This document shows, one piece after another, positions 37,184 through 46,863 of a stretch of 64,000 bases of DNA; position 1 is the first letter of the stretch; each line of letters begins with the position of its first letter. Under the pieces are notes generated by a model. It had not been told where the DNA came from. It was given only the letters and a program-made list of their open reading frames with translations, and ran no database searches. Made by a program: the position numbers and the translations under genes. Source of the stretch: Prevotella sp. Its GTDB lineage: Bacteria; Bacteroidota; Bacteroidia; Bacteroidales; Dysgonomonadaceae. Location: contig JAITVV010000036.1 in assembly GCA_031285625.1 (NCBI GenBank), positions 1 to 64,000 on the forward strand, in the 5' to 3' direction.

Positions 37184-39229
37184 ATGAAACTTGAAAAGAT
37201 TGGCCTGTTGTTGCTGATAGGCTCTATGTTAACTTTTATCGGATGCGGTGACGATGCGTTCAAAAGCTCTGAAAAACAGATTACAGAATTTTCTATTGAT
37301 GGCGTTAATGGTTCTATAGATGAGAATTTTTTGACAATAGATTTGACAATGCCTTCCGGTACAGATATTACAAGCCTGAAACCATCCGTTAAGGTCTCCA
37401 GCAAGGCGACAGTGTCGCCTGCTAGTGGAGCAACTGTTGATTTTACCTCTCCTGTAGCATATGTTGTTACTGCAGAGGATGGTTCGAAAGTGGACTATGC
37501 AGTGAAGGTTGAGGTCGTTAAAAACACCGAAGCGCAAATACTGACATTTGAACTGGCCGGATTAGATCCGGTAATAACAGCCAGCGTAGATGAGGAAAAG
37601 AAAGTGATAACAGCTGCGGTACCTTTTGGTACAAATCTGAAAACACTGGTTCCCACTATTACCTTCAAAGGAAAAGAAATTAGTCCTGAATCAGGTGGAG
37701 CTGTTGATTTTACACATCCTGTGAATTATCGCGTAACAGCAGAAGATGGCAGAATACAAGGATATTATGTCACAATAAAAGAAACGAGATCATCTGATGC
37801 AGAATTGTTGACATTCGAATTTGCCGGACTGGATCCGAAAGTTGTAGCTAAAGTGGACGGATCTACTATAACAGCTGAGGTTCCATTTGGAACAAATGTA
37901 ACAAAATTGGTTCCCACTATTACTTATAAAGGGAATAAAGTAGTGCCTGCATCGGGAGTAGCTGCAGACTTTTCCTCACCTGTAACATACAAAGTGATTG
38001 CACAGGATACAAGAGAAGTTGAGTATGAAGTAGTGGTGAATGTGATAGCCAGCTCAGAAGCCGAACTTACCGAGTTCTCATTTGATGGTTTAAATCCCCG
38101 CTGTGTAGGGGTGTTAAATCCAAATACTAAGATTGTGACGGTGGATGTGCCATTTGGTACAGATGTAACAAAGTTGAAGCCAACAATTAAATTCAAAGGG
38201 CATACTGTTAGCCCGGCATCGGGAGTAGTGCAGGATTTTAGTGTGGCTCAGGTATTTTACAATATTGTAGCACAAGACGGGAAAAAATATGGGTTTAGTG
38301 TGATGGTAAATGTCAACCCTTTCCAGCCTCAGATAACAAGTGTAAACAGAACTAAGTTTGCAAACGGGGATCAAATAACCATACAGGGACATTTTTCGGA
38401 GACTGGCAACGAAATCATGTTGAGAAATTCAACAAATGCTCCTGTTTATCCGACCATCACTAAAGAAACAAGTAAGTACATTATTGCTACTATTCCAAGT
38501 TTGGCAGGAGCAGGTGATTATAATATGACAGTGAGATCTTATGTCGGTACTCCTTCTCAAGGATCAGTGTTGTACGAAGCCTCAAAAATTACGATTGTAG
38601 GTCCAGCATCTCTGACGCCAAAAATTCTTTCAATAACGCCTGCATCGATAATAAAAGGTACGGAAGAGAAAGTGTACTTCAAGACTCAGAATAAAGTAGA
38701 TCTGGCCGGGAAACATGCTACGGTACACTATTTGAAAGGCTCTGATGATAAAACTACAAATAGTATGACACGTGATGTTAACGATTATAATAGTTTCTAT
38801 ATAGAAGTTGGACGTAACTGGGCTTTAGGCACATATACGTTCTATTTGGAGCGTGATGGGTATAAGTCTAACGAGATATCATTCGAGTTGAAAGAAAATA
38901 CATACCCTATTCCTACAATTACATCGGTGAGTACATACGAGCCTGTGGAAGGAGAGACTATTACGATTACAGGAACTAATTTCAGTAAAGTATCAAGTTA
39001 TGATACATATATTAATGTTCGGAAGATCGTAAATTCTATGGGATATAACTACCCTTATAGTAATGTAAAAGCCACAGTTGTGGACAACAATACAATAACA
39101 TTCAGCCTGCCATATGTGAAAGCTTCAGGACAAACACCAGGCGAACTGGACGGACATGTTGGTATAGAGGTTGTTGCTAACGGTCAAATGGCACACCATC
39201 ATAATGACTTTATGGTGAAGAAAAAGTAA
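37184..39229 (+). CDS. Surface lipoprotein with four DUF5018-like Ig repeats and IPT/TIG-like domains
   Basis: Lipobox FIGC; four ~87-aa repeats (VPFGT..L.PTI..SP.SG...DF..PV.Y.V.A.DG); P.ITSV...G..ITI.G..F domains. Confidence 0.85.
   Translation: MKLEKIGLLLLIGSMLTFIGCGDDAFKSSEKQITEFSIDGVNGSIDENFLTIDLTMPSGTDITSLKPSVKVSSKATVSPASGATVDFTSPVAYVVTAEDGSKVDYAVKVEVVKNTEAQILTFELAGLDPVITASVDEEKKVITAAVPFGTNLKTLVPTITFKGKEISPESGGAVDFTHPVNYRVTAEDGRIQGYYVTIKETRSSDAELLTFEFAGLDPKVVAKVDGSTITAEVPFGTNVTKLVPTITYKGNKVVPASGVAADFSSPVTYKVIAQDTREVEYEVVVNVIASSEAELTEFSFDGLNPRCVGVLNPNTKIVTVDVPFGTDVTKLKPTIKFKGHTVSPASGVVQDFSVAQVFYNIVAQDGKKYGFSVMVNVNPFQPQITSVNRTKFANGDQITIQGHFSETGNEIMLRNSTNAPVYPTITKETSKYIIATIPSLAGAGDYNMTVRSYVGTPSQGSVLYEASKITIVGPASLTPKILSITPASIIKGTEEKVYFKTQNKVDLAGKHATVHYLKGSDDKTTNSMTRDVNDYNSFYIEVGRNWALGTYTFYLERDGYKSNEISFELKENTYPIPTITSVSTYEPVEGETITITGTNFSKVSSYDTYINVRKIVNSMGYNYPYSNVKATVVDNNTITFSLPYVKASGQTPGELDGHVGIEVVANGQMAHHHNDFMVKKK
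37262..38317 (+). repeat. Four intragenic ~260-bp repeat units
   Basis: Protein repeats start at about aa 27, 113, 202 and 289; DNA similarity such as CCATTTGGAACAAATGTAACAAAATTG versus CCATTTGGTACAGATGTAACAAAGTTG. Confidence 0.8.
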
Positions 39230-39249
39230 GAGAGTATTCTAAATAATTT

Positions 39250-39286
39250 GAAAGGCTTGGATATTATTTTATTCAAGCCTTTCTTA
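39250..39286 (+). terminator. Intrinsic terminator
   Basis: GAAAGGCTTGGATA..TATTCAAGCCTTTC. Confidence 0.75.
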
Positions 39287-39442
39287 TCTTACCAGGTCAG
39301 ATATAGTCTGCTTTTTATGCCATGCTTTAAGTTTCAATAATCATAAATAAGTATAATGATGCCTTTTTAGACAATTAAGCCTGTCAATAATTTTGTTAAT
39401 TCGTTGGTATTATTTATTTTTGTGTAGCATTTTGGCTGTTTT

Positions 39443-39739
39443 ATGACAAAAAATGATGAAAAACTTCTAGCCGAATTCGAAATACGAATGAGGCAGTTAA
39501 TGTATCTCTGTGATATACTTAAAGATGAGAATACACAGATGAGGCAACAGCTGGAGCAGAAGGAAGCTACAATAACAGCTTTATCATCAGAAGTAGAAGA
39601 GCTAAAGACCAAATATGACAATTTGAAATTTGTTAAATCATTTTCATCGGAGAATACTGATGAAAGAGAGCAGGCAAGAAAGCGGTTGTCGAAGTTAGTG
39701 CGGGATGTAGATAAATGTATCACCATGCTTAAAGTATAA
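39443..39739 (+). CDS. Coiled-coil protein, ZapB-like
   Basis: 98-aa heptad-rich ORF ending LSKLVRDVDKCI, directly upstream of zapA; -7 element TATTTTTG at 39415-39422. Confidence 0.75.
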   Translation: MTKNDEKLLAEFEIRMRQLMYLCDILKDENTQMRQQLEQKEATITALSSEVEELKTKYDNLKFVKSFSSENTDEREQARKRLSKLVRDVDKCITMLKV

Positions 39740-39751
39740 AGTAGTGTAGTT

Positions 39752-40054
39752 ATGGATGAGCATTTTATTATTAATCTACGAGTGGCCGATATGAGATATC
39801 CTTTGCGGATAAAACGCGAAGATGAGGAGATGTATCGTAGGGCTGCAGATGAAATAGATTATAAATTAGTACAATATAAAAATTATTTTACCGGAGATTC
39901 TCATCCGTTGCGTAATGATGACTACATGGCTATGACAGCAATACAGGCTGTCTCTGAGAAAGTCGGACATCAGTTGCGGGCAGAGGAATTTGAATCCAGG
40001 ATCAGGCAATTAACTGAAGAGCTGGATCATTATTTGAAAGACCAAGTAAAGTAA
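39752..40054 (+). CDS. zapA: Cell division protein ZapA
   Basis: INLRVADMRYPLRIKREDEE..R.AA..I and AMTA motifs; zapA-rny synteny. Confidence 0.88.
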   Translation: MDEHFIINLRVADMRYPLRIKREDEEMYRRAADEIDYKLVQYKNYFTGDSHPLRNDDYMAMTAIQAVSEKVGHQLRAEEFESRIRQLTEELDHYLKDQVK

Positions 40055-40076
40055 AATTGTAATTGAGGAAATATCT

Positions 40077-40133
40077 AAAGCACTAATTTCAAGTGTGTGA
40101 GTATATATCACACCTTGAGTTAGTGCTTTTTAG
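40077..40133 (+). other. Long hairpin between zapA and rny
   Basis: AAAGCACTAATTTCAAGTGTGTGA-GTATATA-TCACACCTTGAGTTAGTGCTTT followed by a T-rich tract. Confidence 0.75.
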
Positions 40134-40169
40134 TTTATTAATATTAGTTTTTATAAAGAAAAATAGAAT

Positions 40170-41699
40170 ATGGATATATTATTTTATGTAATAGCCTTTC
40201 TTGTCGGGGCGGTCTTGACTTGGGTGGCTTTGAATTTTATGGCAAATTCAAAGTTCAAACGCCAGGTGAAGGAAGCAGAACTAGAGGCTGAAGTAATCAA
40301 GAAAAATAAGTTGCTTGAAGTAAAAGAACAGGCTTTGCAAATGAAGTCTGAATTTGAAAAACAAGCCAATAGCCGCAATTCGAAGCTTCAGGCTGCTGAG
40401 AGTAAGATCAAACAGCGTGAATTGACTTTGAATCAAAAACAGGAAGAGCTTCAACGCAAGAAAAACGAAGCCGATACGATTAAAGCTAATCTGGAAACTC
40501 AACTTGAGGTAGTAGAAAAGAAAAAGCAAGATTTGGATAAGTTGCACAAGCAAGAGGTGGAAAGACTTGAAGCCTTATCGGGCTTGTCGGCTGATGAAGT
40601 TAAAGAAAAATTAGTAGAAGCCTTGAAGGATGAGGCGCAAACACATGCTCAGTCATATATCAATGATATAATGGAAGAGGCTAAAATGACTGCTAATAAA
40701 GAAGCTAAGAAGATCGTTATACAATCTATACAGCGTGTGGCAACAGAAACAGCTATCGAAAATGCAATTACTGTATTCCATATAGAGTCGGATGAAATAA
40801 AAGGACGTATTATTGGTCGTGAAGGCCGTAATATACGTGCTTTGGAGGCTGCTACAGGTATAGAAATTGTAGTTGATGATACCCCTGAGGCAATTGTTCT
40901 TTCAGGTTTTGATCCTGTAAGACGTGAAATCGCCCGTTTAGCACTGCATCAATTAGTTGCTGATGGACGTATCCATCCTGCACGTATTGAAGAAGTGGTA
41001 TCTAAAGTGAAAAAGCAAATAGAAGAAGAGATAATAGAAACAGGAAAGCGTACCACTATCGACCTGGGTATACATGGTTTGCATCCTGAGCTGATCCGTC
41101 TGGTAGGTAAGATGAAATACCGTTCCTCTTATGGGCAAAACTTGCTGCAACATGCGCGTGAAACTGCTAACCTATGTGCTATAATGGCTGCAGAGTTAGG
41201 GTTGAATGTAAAGAAGGCAAAGAGAGCAGGTCTGCTGCATGATATTGGTAAAGTACCTGATGACGAACCGGAATTACCACATGCTTTGTTGGGTATGAAA
41301 TTGGCAGAGAAATACAAAGAAAAACCTGATGTATGTAATGCTATTGGTGCCCACCATGACGAAGTAGAGATGACTAGTCTTTTAGCTCCTATAGTTCAGG
41401 TTTGTGACGCTATTTCAGGAGCCCGTCCGGGTGCCCGTCGCGAGATTGTAGAAGCATATATTAAGCGTTTGAATGACCTGGAACAATTGGCTCTGTCATA
41501 TCCTGGTGTATTGAAAACATATGCAATACAAGCAGGTCGTGAGCTGAGGGTTATTGTAGGTGCAGACAAAATTGACGATATAGAAACAGAAAAGCTATCG
41601 GCAGATATCGCTAAGAAGATTCAGGATGAAATGACATATCCTGGTCAGGTGAAGATTACAGTTATCCGTGAAACACGTGCTGTAAGTTACGCTAAGTAA
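40170..41699 (+). CDS. rny: Ribonuclease Y
   Basis: N-terminal TM, coiled coil, KH domain ([13 protein letters not shown]), HD domain (LLHDIGK). Confidence 0.98.
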   Translation: MDILFYVIAFLVGAVLTWVALNFMANSKFKRQVKEAELEAEVIKKNKLLEVKEQALQMKSEFEKQANSRNSKLQAAESKIKQRELTLNQKQEELQRKKNEADTIKANLETQLEVVEKKKQDLDKLHKQEVERLEALSGLSADEVKEKLVEALKDEAQTHAQSYINDIMEEAKMTANKEAKKIVIQSIQRVATETAIENAITVFHIESDEIKGRIIGREGRNIRALEAATGIEIVVDDTPEAIVLSGFDPVRREIARLALHQLVADGRIHPARIEEVVSKVKKQIEEEIIETGKRTTIDLGIHGLHPELIRLVGKMKYRSSYGQNLLQHARETANLCAIMAAELGLNVKKAKRAGLLHDIGKVPDDEPELPHALLGMKLAEKYKEKPDVCNAIGAHHDEVEMTSLLAPIVQVCDAISGARPGARREIVEAYIKRLNDLEQLALSYPGVLKTYAIQAGRELRVIVGADKIDDIETEKLSADIAKKIQDEMTYPGQVKITVIRETRAVSYAK

Positions 41700-41724
41700 G
41701 AAAAAAACTGACATATTATTATAA

Positions 41725-41753
41725 ATAAAGGGGGCTTTCGCAGCTCCCTTTAT
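41725..41753 (+). terminator. Intrinsic terminator after rny
   Basis: ATAAAGGGGGCT-TTCGC-AGCTCCCTTTAT. Confidence 0.75.
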
Positions 41754-41977
41754 CATTTGTATGAAGTGGTGTGACTCTGATTACTCATTATTAACAGAGC
41801 TTTCAGAGTTTTCGTTAATTATGTTTTTGTGGATAATAATATCCTTTTTGATCTTCCTTTTTATAATTAGTCGCAGCTTTATCAGAAAAGTCACAGGCAT
41901 TTGTGAAAAATAAATTAAATATGTCATTGTAAAACAAATAGCTTTCTTATAGTTTTGAGGATAAAAGTTATTTTAGT

Positions 41978-41985
41978 TACTTTTG
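41978..41985 (+). promoter_or_regulatory. -7 promoter element for ldhA
   Basis: TACTTTTG with TTTG ~20 bp upstream. Confidence 0.6.
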
Positions 41986-42024
41986 CAATCAGGTAAATAA
42001 GAGTTAAAGCTAAAAATTACGGTT

Positions 42025-43032
42025 ATGTCATATAAAATAGCGGTTTTCGATACAAAGCCATATGATCGGGCTACTTTCGACAAAGTGAATGAAAAATATG
42101 GTTATGAGTTGACATATCATAAAGAACATCTGGATATCAATAATGTTTTATTAGCAAGCGGTTCTGATGCAGTATGCATTTTTGTAAATGCAGTCGTAGA
42201 TACAGCTGTTGTTGATAAACTTGCATCATACGGGGTGAAATTGATAGCGCTTCGTTGCGCCGGATTTAACAATGTAGATGTAAGAGCTGCTTCGCAGAAG
42301 GGTATAAGGGTTGTTCGTGTTCCGGATTACTCACCCCATGCTATTGCAGAACATACTTTAGCTTTAATGCTTTGTCTCAATCGTAAAGTACATCGTGCAT
42401 TTCTGCGTACCCGTGACGGAAACTTCTCTTTGGTTGGATTCGAAGGCTTTGATATGTATGGTAAAACTATCGGAGTAATAGGAACCGGTAAAATCGGAAA
42501 AGTTGCTATCGGGTTGTTTAAAGGATTAGGTATGAATGTACTTGCCTATGATCTGTATCCCGATACAGCATATGCTGAGGCTATTGGTATGAAGTATGTT
42601 ACCTTGGATGAGTTATATGCTAACTCTGATATAATTACATTACATTGCCCTTTAACAAAGGAGACAGAATATATTATCAGTGATAAGTCGATCAGTAAAA
42701 TGAAAGATGGGGTGATGATAGTAAATACCGGTCGTGGTAAACTTATTCACACCAGGCATTTGATAGATGGCTTACTTAGCCGGAAGGTTGGATATGCAGG
42801 ATTGGATGTATACGAAGAAGAGGGTGCCTACTTTTATGAAGATCACTCAGATGCTGTTATGACAGACGATGTTTTGGCTCGTTTGTTATCTTTCAACAAT
42901 GTAATTGTAACATCTCATCAGGCTTTCTTTACACAAGAGGCAATGGGAAATATAGCTCACACAACTATGGATAATATCCTGGACTTCTTTGAAGGTCGTG
43001 AACTAAAAAATGAAGTCGTGTATAAGGCTTAA
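42025..43032 (+). CDS. ldhA: D-lactate dehydrogenase (D-2-hydroxyacid dehydrogenase)
   Basis: LRCAGFNNVD, GTGKIG, LHCPLT, NTGRG, LDVYEEE and HQAFFT motifs. Confidence 0.92.
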   Translation: MSYKIAVFDTKPYDRATFDKVNEKYGYELTYHKEHLDINNVLLASGSDAVCIFVNAVVDTAVVDKLASYGVKLIALRCAGFNNVDVRAASQKGIRVVRVPDYSPHAIAEHTLALMLCLNRKVHRAFLRTRDGNFSLVGFEGFDMYGKTIGVIGTGKIGKVAIGLFKGLGMNVLAYDLYPDTAYAEAIGMKYVTLDELYANSDIITLHCPLTKETEYIISDKSISKMKDGVMIVNTGRGKLIHTRHLIDGLLSRKVGYAGLDVYEEEGAYFYEDHSDAVMTDDVLARLLSFNNVIVTSHQAFFTQEAMGNIAHTTMDNILDFFEGRELKNEVVYKA

Positions 43033-43055
43033 CTTTATACATTATTAAACTCAGA

Positions 43056-44192
43056 ATGAAAAGAGTCTTTAGTATTATTTTACTCTTGCTTTTTATTGTT
43101 AGCAACGCCAATGCAGCAGATTCCAAATTTGTTGTGGTGATTGATGCCGGACATGGTGGTAAAGATGCCGGGGCTGTAAGAGGTTCTTACAAAGAGAAAA
43201 ATATTAATCTGGGGGTTGCTTTAGCTTTAGGACAATATATTGAGAATAATCATAAGGATGTAAAAGTTGTATATACACGCAAAACAGATGTATTTGTAGA
43301 CTTGGATAAGAGGGCGGATATAGCCAATAAGGCAAAAGCTAATCTCTTTATATCTATCCATACTAATTCAACGGCGGCAAGAAACACATCCGTGTCTGGT
43401 GCTGATACCTATATTCTCGGTTTGGCCCGAAGTGAGGAGAATCTCGAAGTGGCAAAACGGGAGAACTCTGTTATTTTACTTGAGGATAATTATCGCACAA
43501 AATATGAAGGATTTGATCCTAATTCTCCCGAGTCATATATCATTTTTGAGTTTATGACGAATAAGTTTATGGAGCAGAGTTTGCAATTTGCATCATTTGT
43601 ACAGGCAGATTTCAAAAGTGTAGCTAAACGTGCTGATAGAGGGGTTCGTCAGGCAGGTTTCTTAGTTTTAAGAAAAACCAGTGCTCCAAGTGTCCTAATT
43701 GAACTGGGTTTTATAAACAACCAGTCGGAGGCTAGTTTCCTTGTCACAGAAAGAGGGCAGCAAACGATGGCGTCAGCTATATATTCCGGATTTAAAAAAT
43801 TTAAACGGGATTTTGACAAAAAACAAGGTAAGCTTATCGTAGAGTCTAACGATAAAGATGATCTGCTGGTAATGGGATCTAAAGAAATTGCAAGTACAGA
43901 CTCTTCTACAAAAGTGAGTGTGGCGGAAGTGAAAGATAATATATCAACAAAACAGAATGGCCAAATAGAATACAGGATTCAGTTTTATACGTCAACGAAG
44001 AAATTACCTGATAACTCTTCTGTTTTTAAAGGTTTATCTCCTGTTTCATTCTATCAAGATGCCAATGGATATAAGTATACATACGGTTCAACTAATAGTC
44101 TGAATCAAATTGTCAAAATATTGAAAGAAGTCAGACCTAAATTTAAAGACGCTTTTGTTGTTAAATTTAAAGACGGAGAACGTATAAATTAA
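43056..44192 (+). CDS. N-acetylmuramoyl-L-alanine amidase (Amidase_3)
   Basis: IDAGHGGKD, EK.INL, FISIHTN and VLIELGF motifs; C-terminal SPOR-like region. Confidence 0.95.
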   Translation: MKRVFSIILLLLFIVSNANAADSKFVVVIDAGHGGKDAGAVRGSYKEKNINLGVALALGQYIENNHKDVKVVYTRKTDVFVDLDKRADIANKAKANLFISIHTNSTAARNTSVSGADTYILGLARSEENLEVAKRENSVILLEDNYRTKYEGFDPNSPESYIIFEFMTNKFMEQSLQFASFVQADFKSVAKRADRGVRQAGFLVLRKTSAPSVLIELGFINNQSEASFLVTERGQQTMASAIYSGFKKFKRDFDKKQGKLIVESNDKDDLLVMGSKEIASTDSSTKVSVAEVKDNISTKQNGQIEYRIQFYTSTKKLPDNSSVFKGLSPVSFYQDANGYKYTYGSTNSLNQIVKILKEVRPKFKDAFVVKFKDGERIN

Positions 44193-44230
44193 TACACAGA
44201 TAAAGATAAAAATTATACAATAGAACTATT

Positions 44231-45118
44231 ATGAATAAAATATCGAAAGAAGTAAAGATCGGTTTAGCCTTTGTTATTGCAATTTTTATATTGTATTATG
44301 GAATCAGCTTCCTTAAAGGAATTAATATATTTAAGCCATCAAACTCGTTTATGGTCGTTTTTGACGATGTTGCCGGTTTGACACAAGCTACCCCTGTTAC
44401 ATTAAATGGTTTTCAGGTAGGTTTAGTATCTTCTATGGAATTAGATGCAAAACATAATAACAGGGTGATCACTTACCTGGATATGGATAAAGGTATAAAG
44501 ATACCGAAAGGGAGTAAAATGATTTTGGATGTATCTGTTTTAGGATCGGCTACAATAATGATGGAAACAAATCCATATACTCAGGAGTATGTATCCAATA
44601 CTGATACAATTGTAGGAATTCGGAATAAAGGAATGATAGACGCTGCTGGCAATATGTTGCCACAGGTTCAGAATCTTTTACCGAAGATCGACTCTATTCT
44701 TTCCGGTATTAATTTATTGGTCAATAGTCCGGCTTTGACGCAATCATTAGCTGATGTGAATCAGATAACAAATGATTTGGCAAAAACGACTAAACAGCTG
44801 AACTCTATGATGGCAACACTGAATAAAGATGTTCCTACCATCACAGGTAACCTTAGTCAGGTTTCTACAGACTTGACAGGTGTCTCTAAACAATTTAATC
44901 AAATAGATCTGGCGGCTACTTATAAATCTGTAGATGCTACTATGAAGAATATCGAAAGTCTTTCGGTGAAGATGAACTCCAAAGAGAGTTCTCTTGGTTT
45001 GTTATTAAATGACCGTCAGCTTTATGATAGCCTGAATGCCACAATCGGCAATGCATCGTTGTTACTCAAGGATGTTAAAGAAAATCCATCCCGTTATATT
45101 AATGTGAAGGTATTTTAA
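44231..45118 (+). CDS. MlaD/MCE family protein
   Basis: N-terminal TM, DVAGL...PVTLNGFQVG, SLGLLLND..LY and DVKENPSRY motifs. Confidence 0.9.
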   Translation: MNKISKEVKIGLAFVIAIFILYYGISFLKGINIFKPSNSFMVVFDDVAGLTQATPVTLNGFQVGLVSSMELDAKHNNRVITYLDMDKGIKIPKGSKMILDVSVLGSATIMMETNPYTQEYVSNTDTIVGIRNKGMIDAAGNMLPQVQNLLPKIDSILSGINLLVNSPALTQSLADVNQITNDLAKTTKQLNSMMATLNKDVPTITGNLSQVSTDLTGVSKQFNQIDLAATYKSVDATMKNIESLSVKMNSKESSLGLLLNDRQLYDSLNATIGNASLLLKDVKENPSRYINVKVF

Positions 45119-45441
45119 GGGCGTTATTTAGAATAATTCTAAATAGGTTAAATCGTTCATTTTTTATAAAGTTGTAGCACTAATCCTCTTGGGGGTATAT
45201 TTCGAATTTGTTAAAATGTTGTTACATTTTAGAATCGGCTTATAAGTGTTTGATTCTGTTTGTCTTGCATGTTAATTAATGACTGATGATGAAAAAAATA
45301 CCTAACTGGTTGACTTTAAATCAGATATTTCTTTAATTGGAAATGCAAATTTGCACCGACTTTTTTTTATTGAAATTAATTCGGAAATTTACATTCAGAA
45401 GCTATTAAGAAATATTCAAAAACATATTTTAGTATAAGTAA

Positions 45442-46842
45442 ATGGAACAAACATCCACTCGGAAATTATGGACTAATTGTTTGCGCGTTTTTCAGGACAA
45501 CGTTACTGAGGCCGCTTTTAAGACCTGGTTTCTGCCTATTGTACCTCTATCTTATGAGAATAAGGTGTTTACAATACAAGTTCCAAGTCAGTTCTTTTAT
45601 GAGTATTTAGAAGATAAGTTTGTAGATTTGCTTAAAGCCACATTATACAGGGAGATTGGTAACGATACTATATTACAATATCGTGTGCTGATGGAAAACA
45701 CAACTAATACTGTTGTTGATTATCGTGGCGATGTTAAATCTACATCCGATAAAGTCTTAAGTAAAAACGCGAATAAGATACCTAATCCATTTCAAAAAAT
45801 TGTTGCCGATGATTTTGATTCGCAACTGAATAATAAGTATACATTCGATAATTTTTTTGAAGGTGACAGTAACAAGCTTGCCCGTACGGCCGGCGAGGCT
45901 ATAACAAAGAATCCGGGTAAGACTGCATTCAATCCTCTGTTTGTTCATGGTACATCAGGTGTTGGTAAAACGCACTTATGCCATGCCGTGGGGAACAGAA
46001 TAAAGGAATTGTTTCCTGAAAAGCGTGTCTTATATGTATCTGCCCATCTGTTCAAGGTACAATATGCTGAAGCAGGGCGCTACAATACAACAAATGATTT
46101 TATTAATTTTTATCAGGGAATTGATGTCTTGATTATAGATGATATCCATGAACTGGCTGGAATAGAAAAAACTCAAAATACTTTATTTCATATATTCAAT
46201 CACTTACATCAGAATAATAAGCAATTAATTCTGACTTGTGATAAGTCTCCATCAGAATTGCAAGGAGTAGAAGAAAGATTATTAACCCGTTTCAGATGGG
46301 GATTAACAACTAAAGTTGATAATCCTGATAAAGGCTTAAGGCTTAAGATCCTTCAAAATAAGATTTTGCATGATGGATTGTCTATCCCCGAAGATGTAGT
46401 GGATTACATTGCCGAGAATGTAACAGATAACGCCCGTGATCTTGAAGGTATCATTGTTTCTATAATGGCACACTCGCTTGTTTATAACAAAGAGATAGAT
46501 TTGCCTTTGGCCAGACGTGTTATAGGACAGGCTATAAAGAAAATAGAAGCTAAGAAAATTACAATAAATGCTATTGAATCTGTAGTTTGTGATTTTTATA
46601 ATATTAAATGTGAATTGATACATACTGCTTCAAGAAAGCGACAGATTGTACAAGCCAGGCAGGTTACAATGTACTTGTCAAAGAATTATACAGAAATGTC
46701 TCTCGCACAGATTGGGTCACTAATAGGAAAGAAAAATCATGCAACTGTTCTTCATGCCTGTCGCACCGTAAAGGAGCAGATGGAAGTTGATAAAGTTTTC
46801 AGAGAAGAGATAGCTGAAATAGAAAAGAAATTAAAAGGTTGA
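45442..46842 (+). CDS. dnaA: Chromosomal replication initiator DnaA
   Basis: FKTWF, YTFDNF, FNPLF.HG.SGVGKTHL, LIIDDI, RQVTMYL and HATVLHA motifs. Confidence 0.98.
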   Translation: MEQTSTRKLWTNCLRVFQDNVTEAAFKTWFLPIVPLSYENKVFTIQVPSQFFYEYLEDKFVDLLKATLYREIGNDTILQYRVLMENTTNTVVDYRGDVKSTSDKVLSKNANKIPNPFQKIVADDFDSQLNNKYTFDNFFEGDSNKLARTAGEAITKNPGKTAFNPLFVHGTSGVGKTHLCHAVGNRIKELFPEKRVLYVSAHLFKVQYAEAGRYNTTNDFINFYQGIDVLIIDDIHELAGIEKTQNTLFHIFNHLHQNNKQLILTCDKSPSELQGVEERLLTRFRWGLTTKVDNPDKGLRLKILQNKILHDGLSIPEDVVDYIAENVTDNARDLEGIIVSIMAHSLVYNKEIDLPLARRVIGQAIKKIEAKKITINAIESVVCDFYNIKCELIHTASRKRQIVQARQVTMYLSKNYTEMSLAQIGSLIGKKNHATVLHACRTVKEQMEVDKVFREEIAEIEKKLKG

Positions 46843-46862
46843 AATTATTTTCAACCTTTTTT
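46833..46862. terminator. Bidirectional terminator overlapping the dnaA stop codon
   Basis: AAAAGGTTGAAA-TTAT-TTTCAACCTTTT between convergent genes. Confidence 0.8.
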
Positions 46863-46863
46863 A

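Noticed and set aside
45119-45441. oriC directly upstream of dnaA
   Set aside because: No DnaA-box cluster seen
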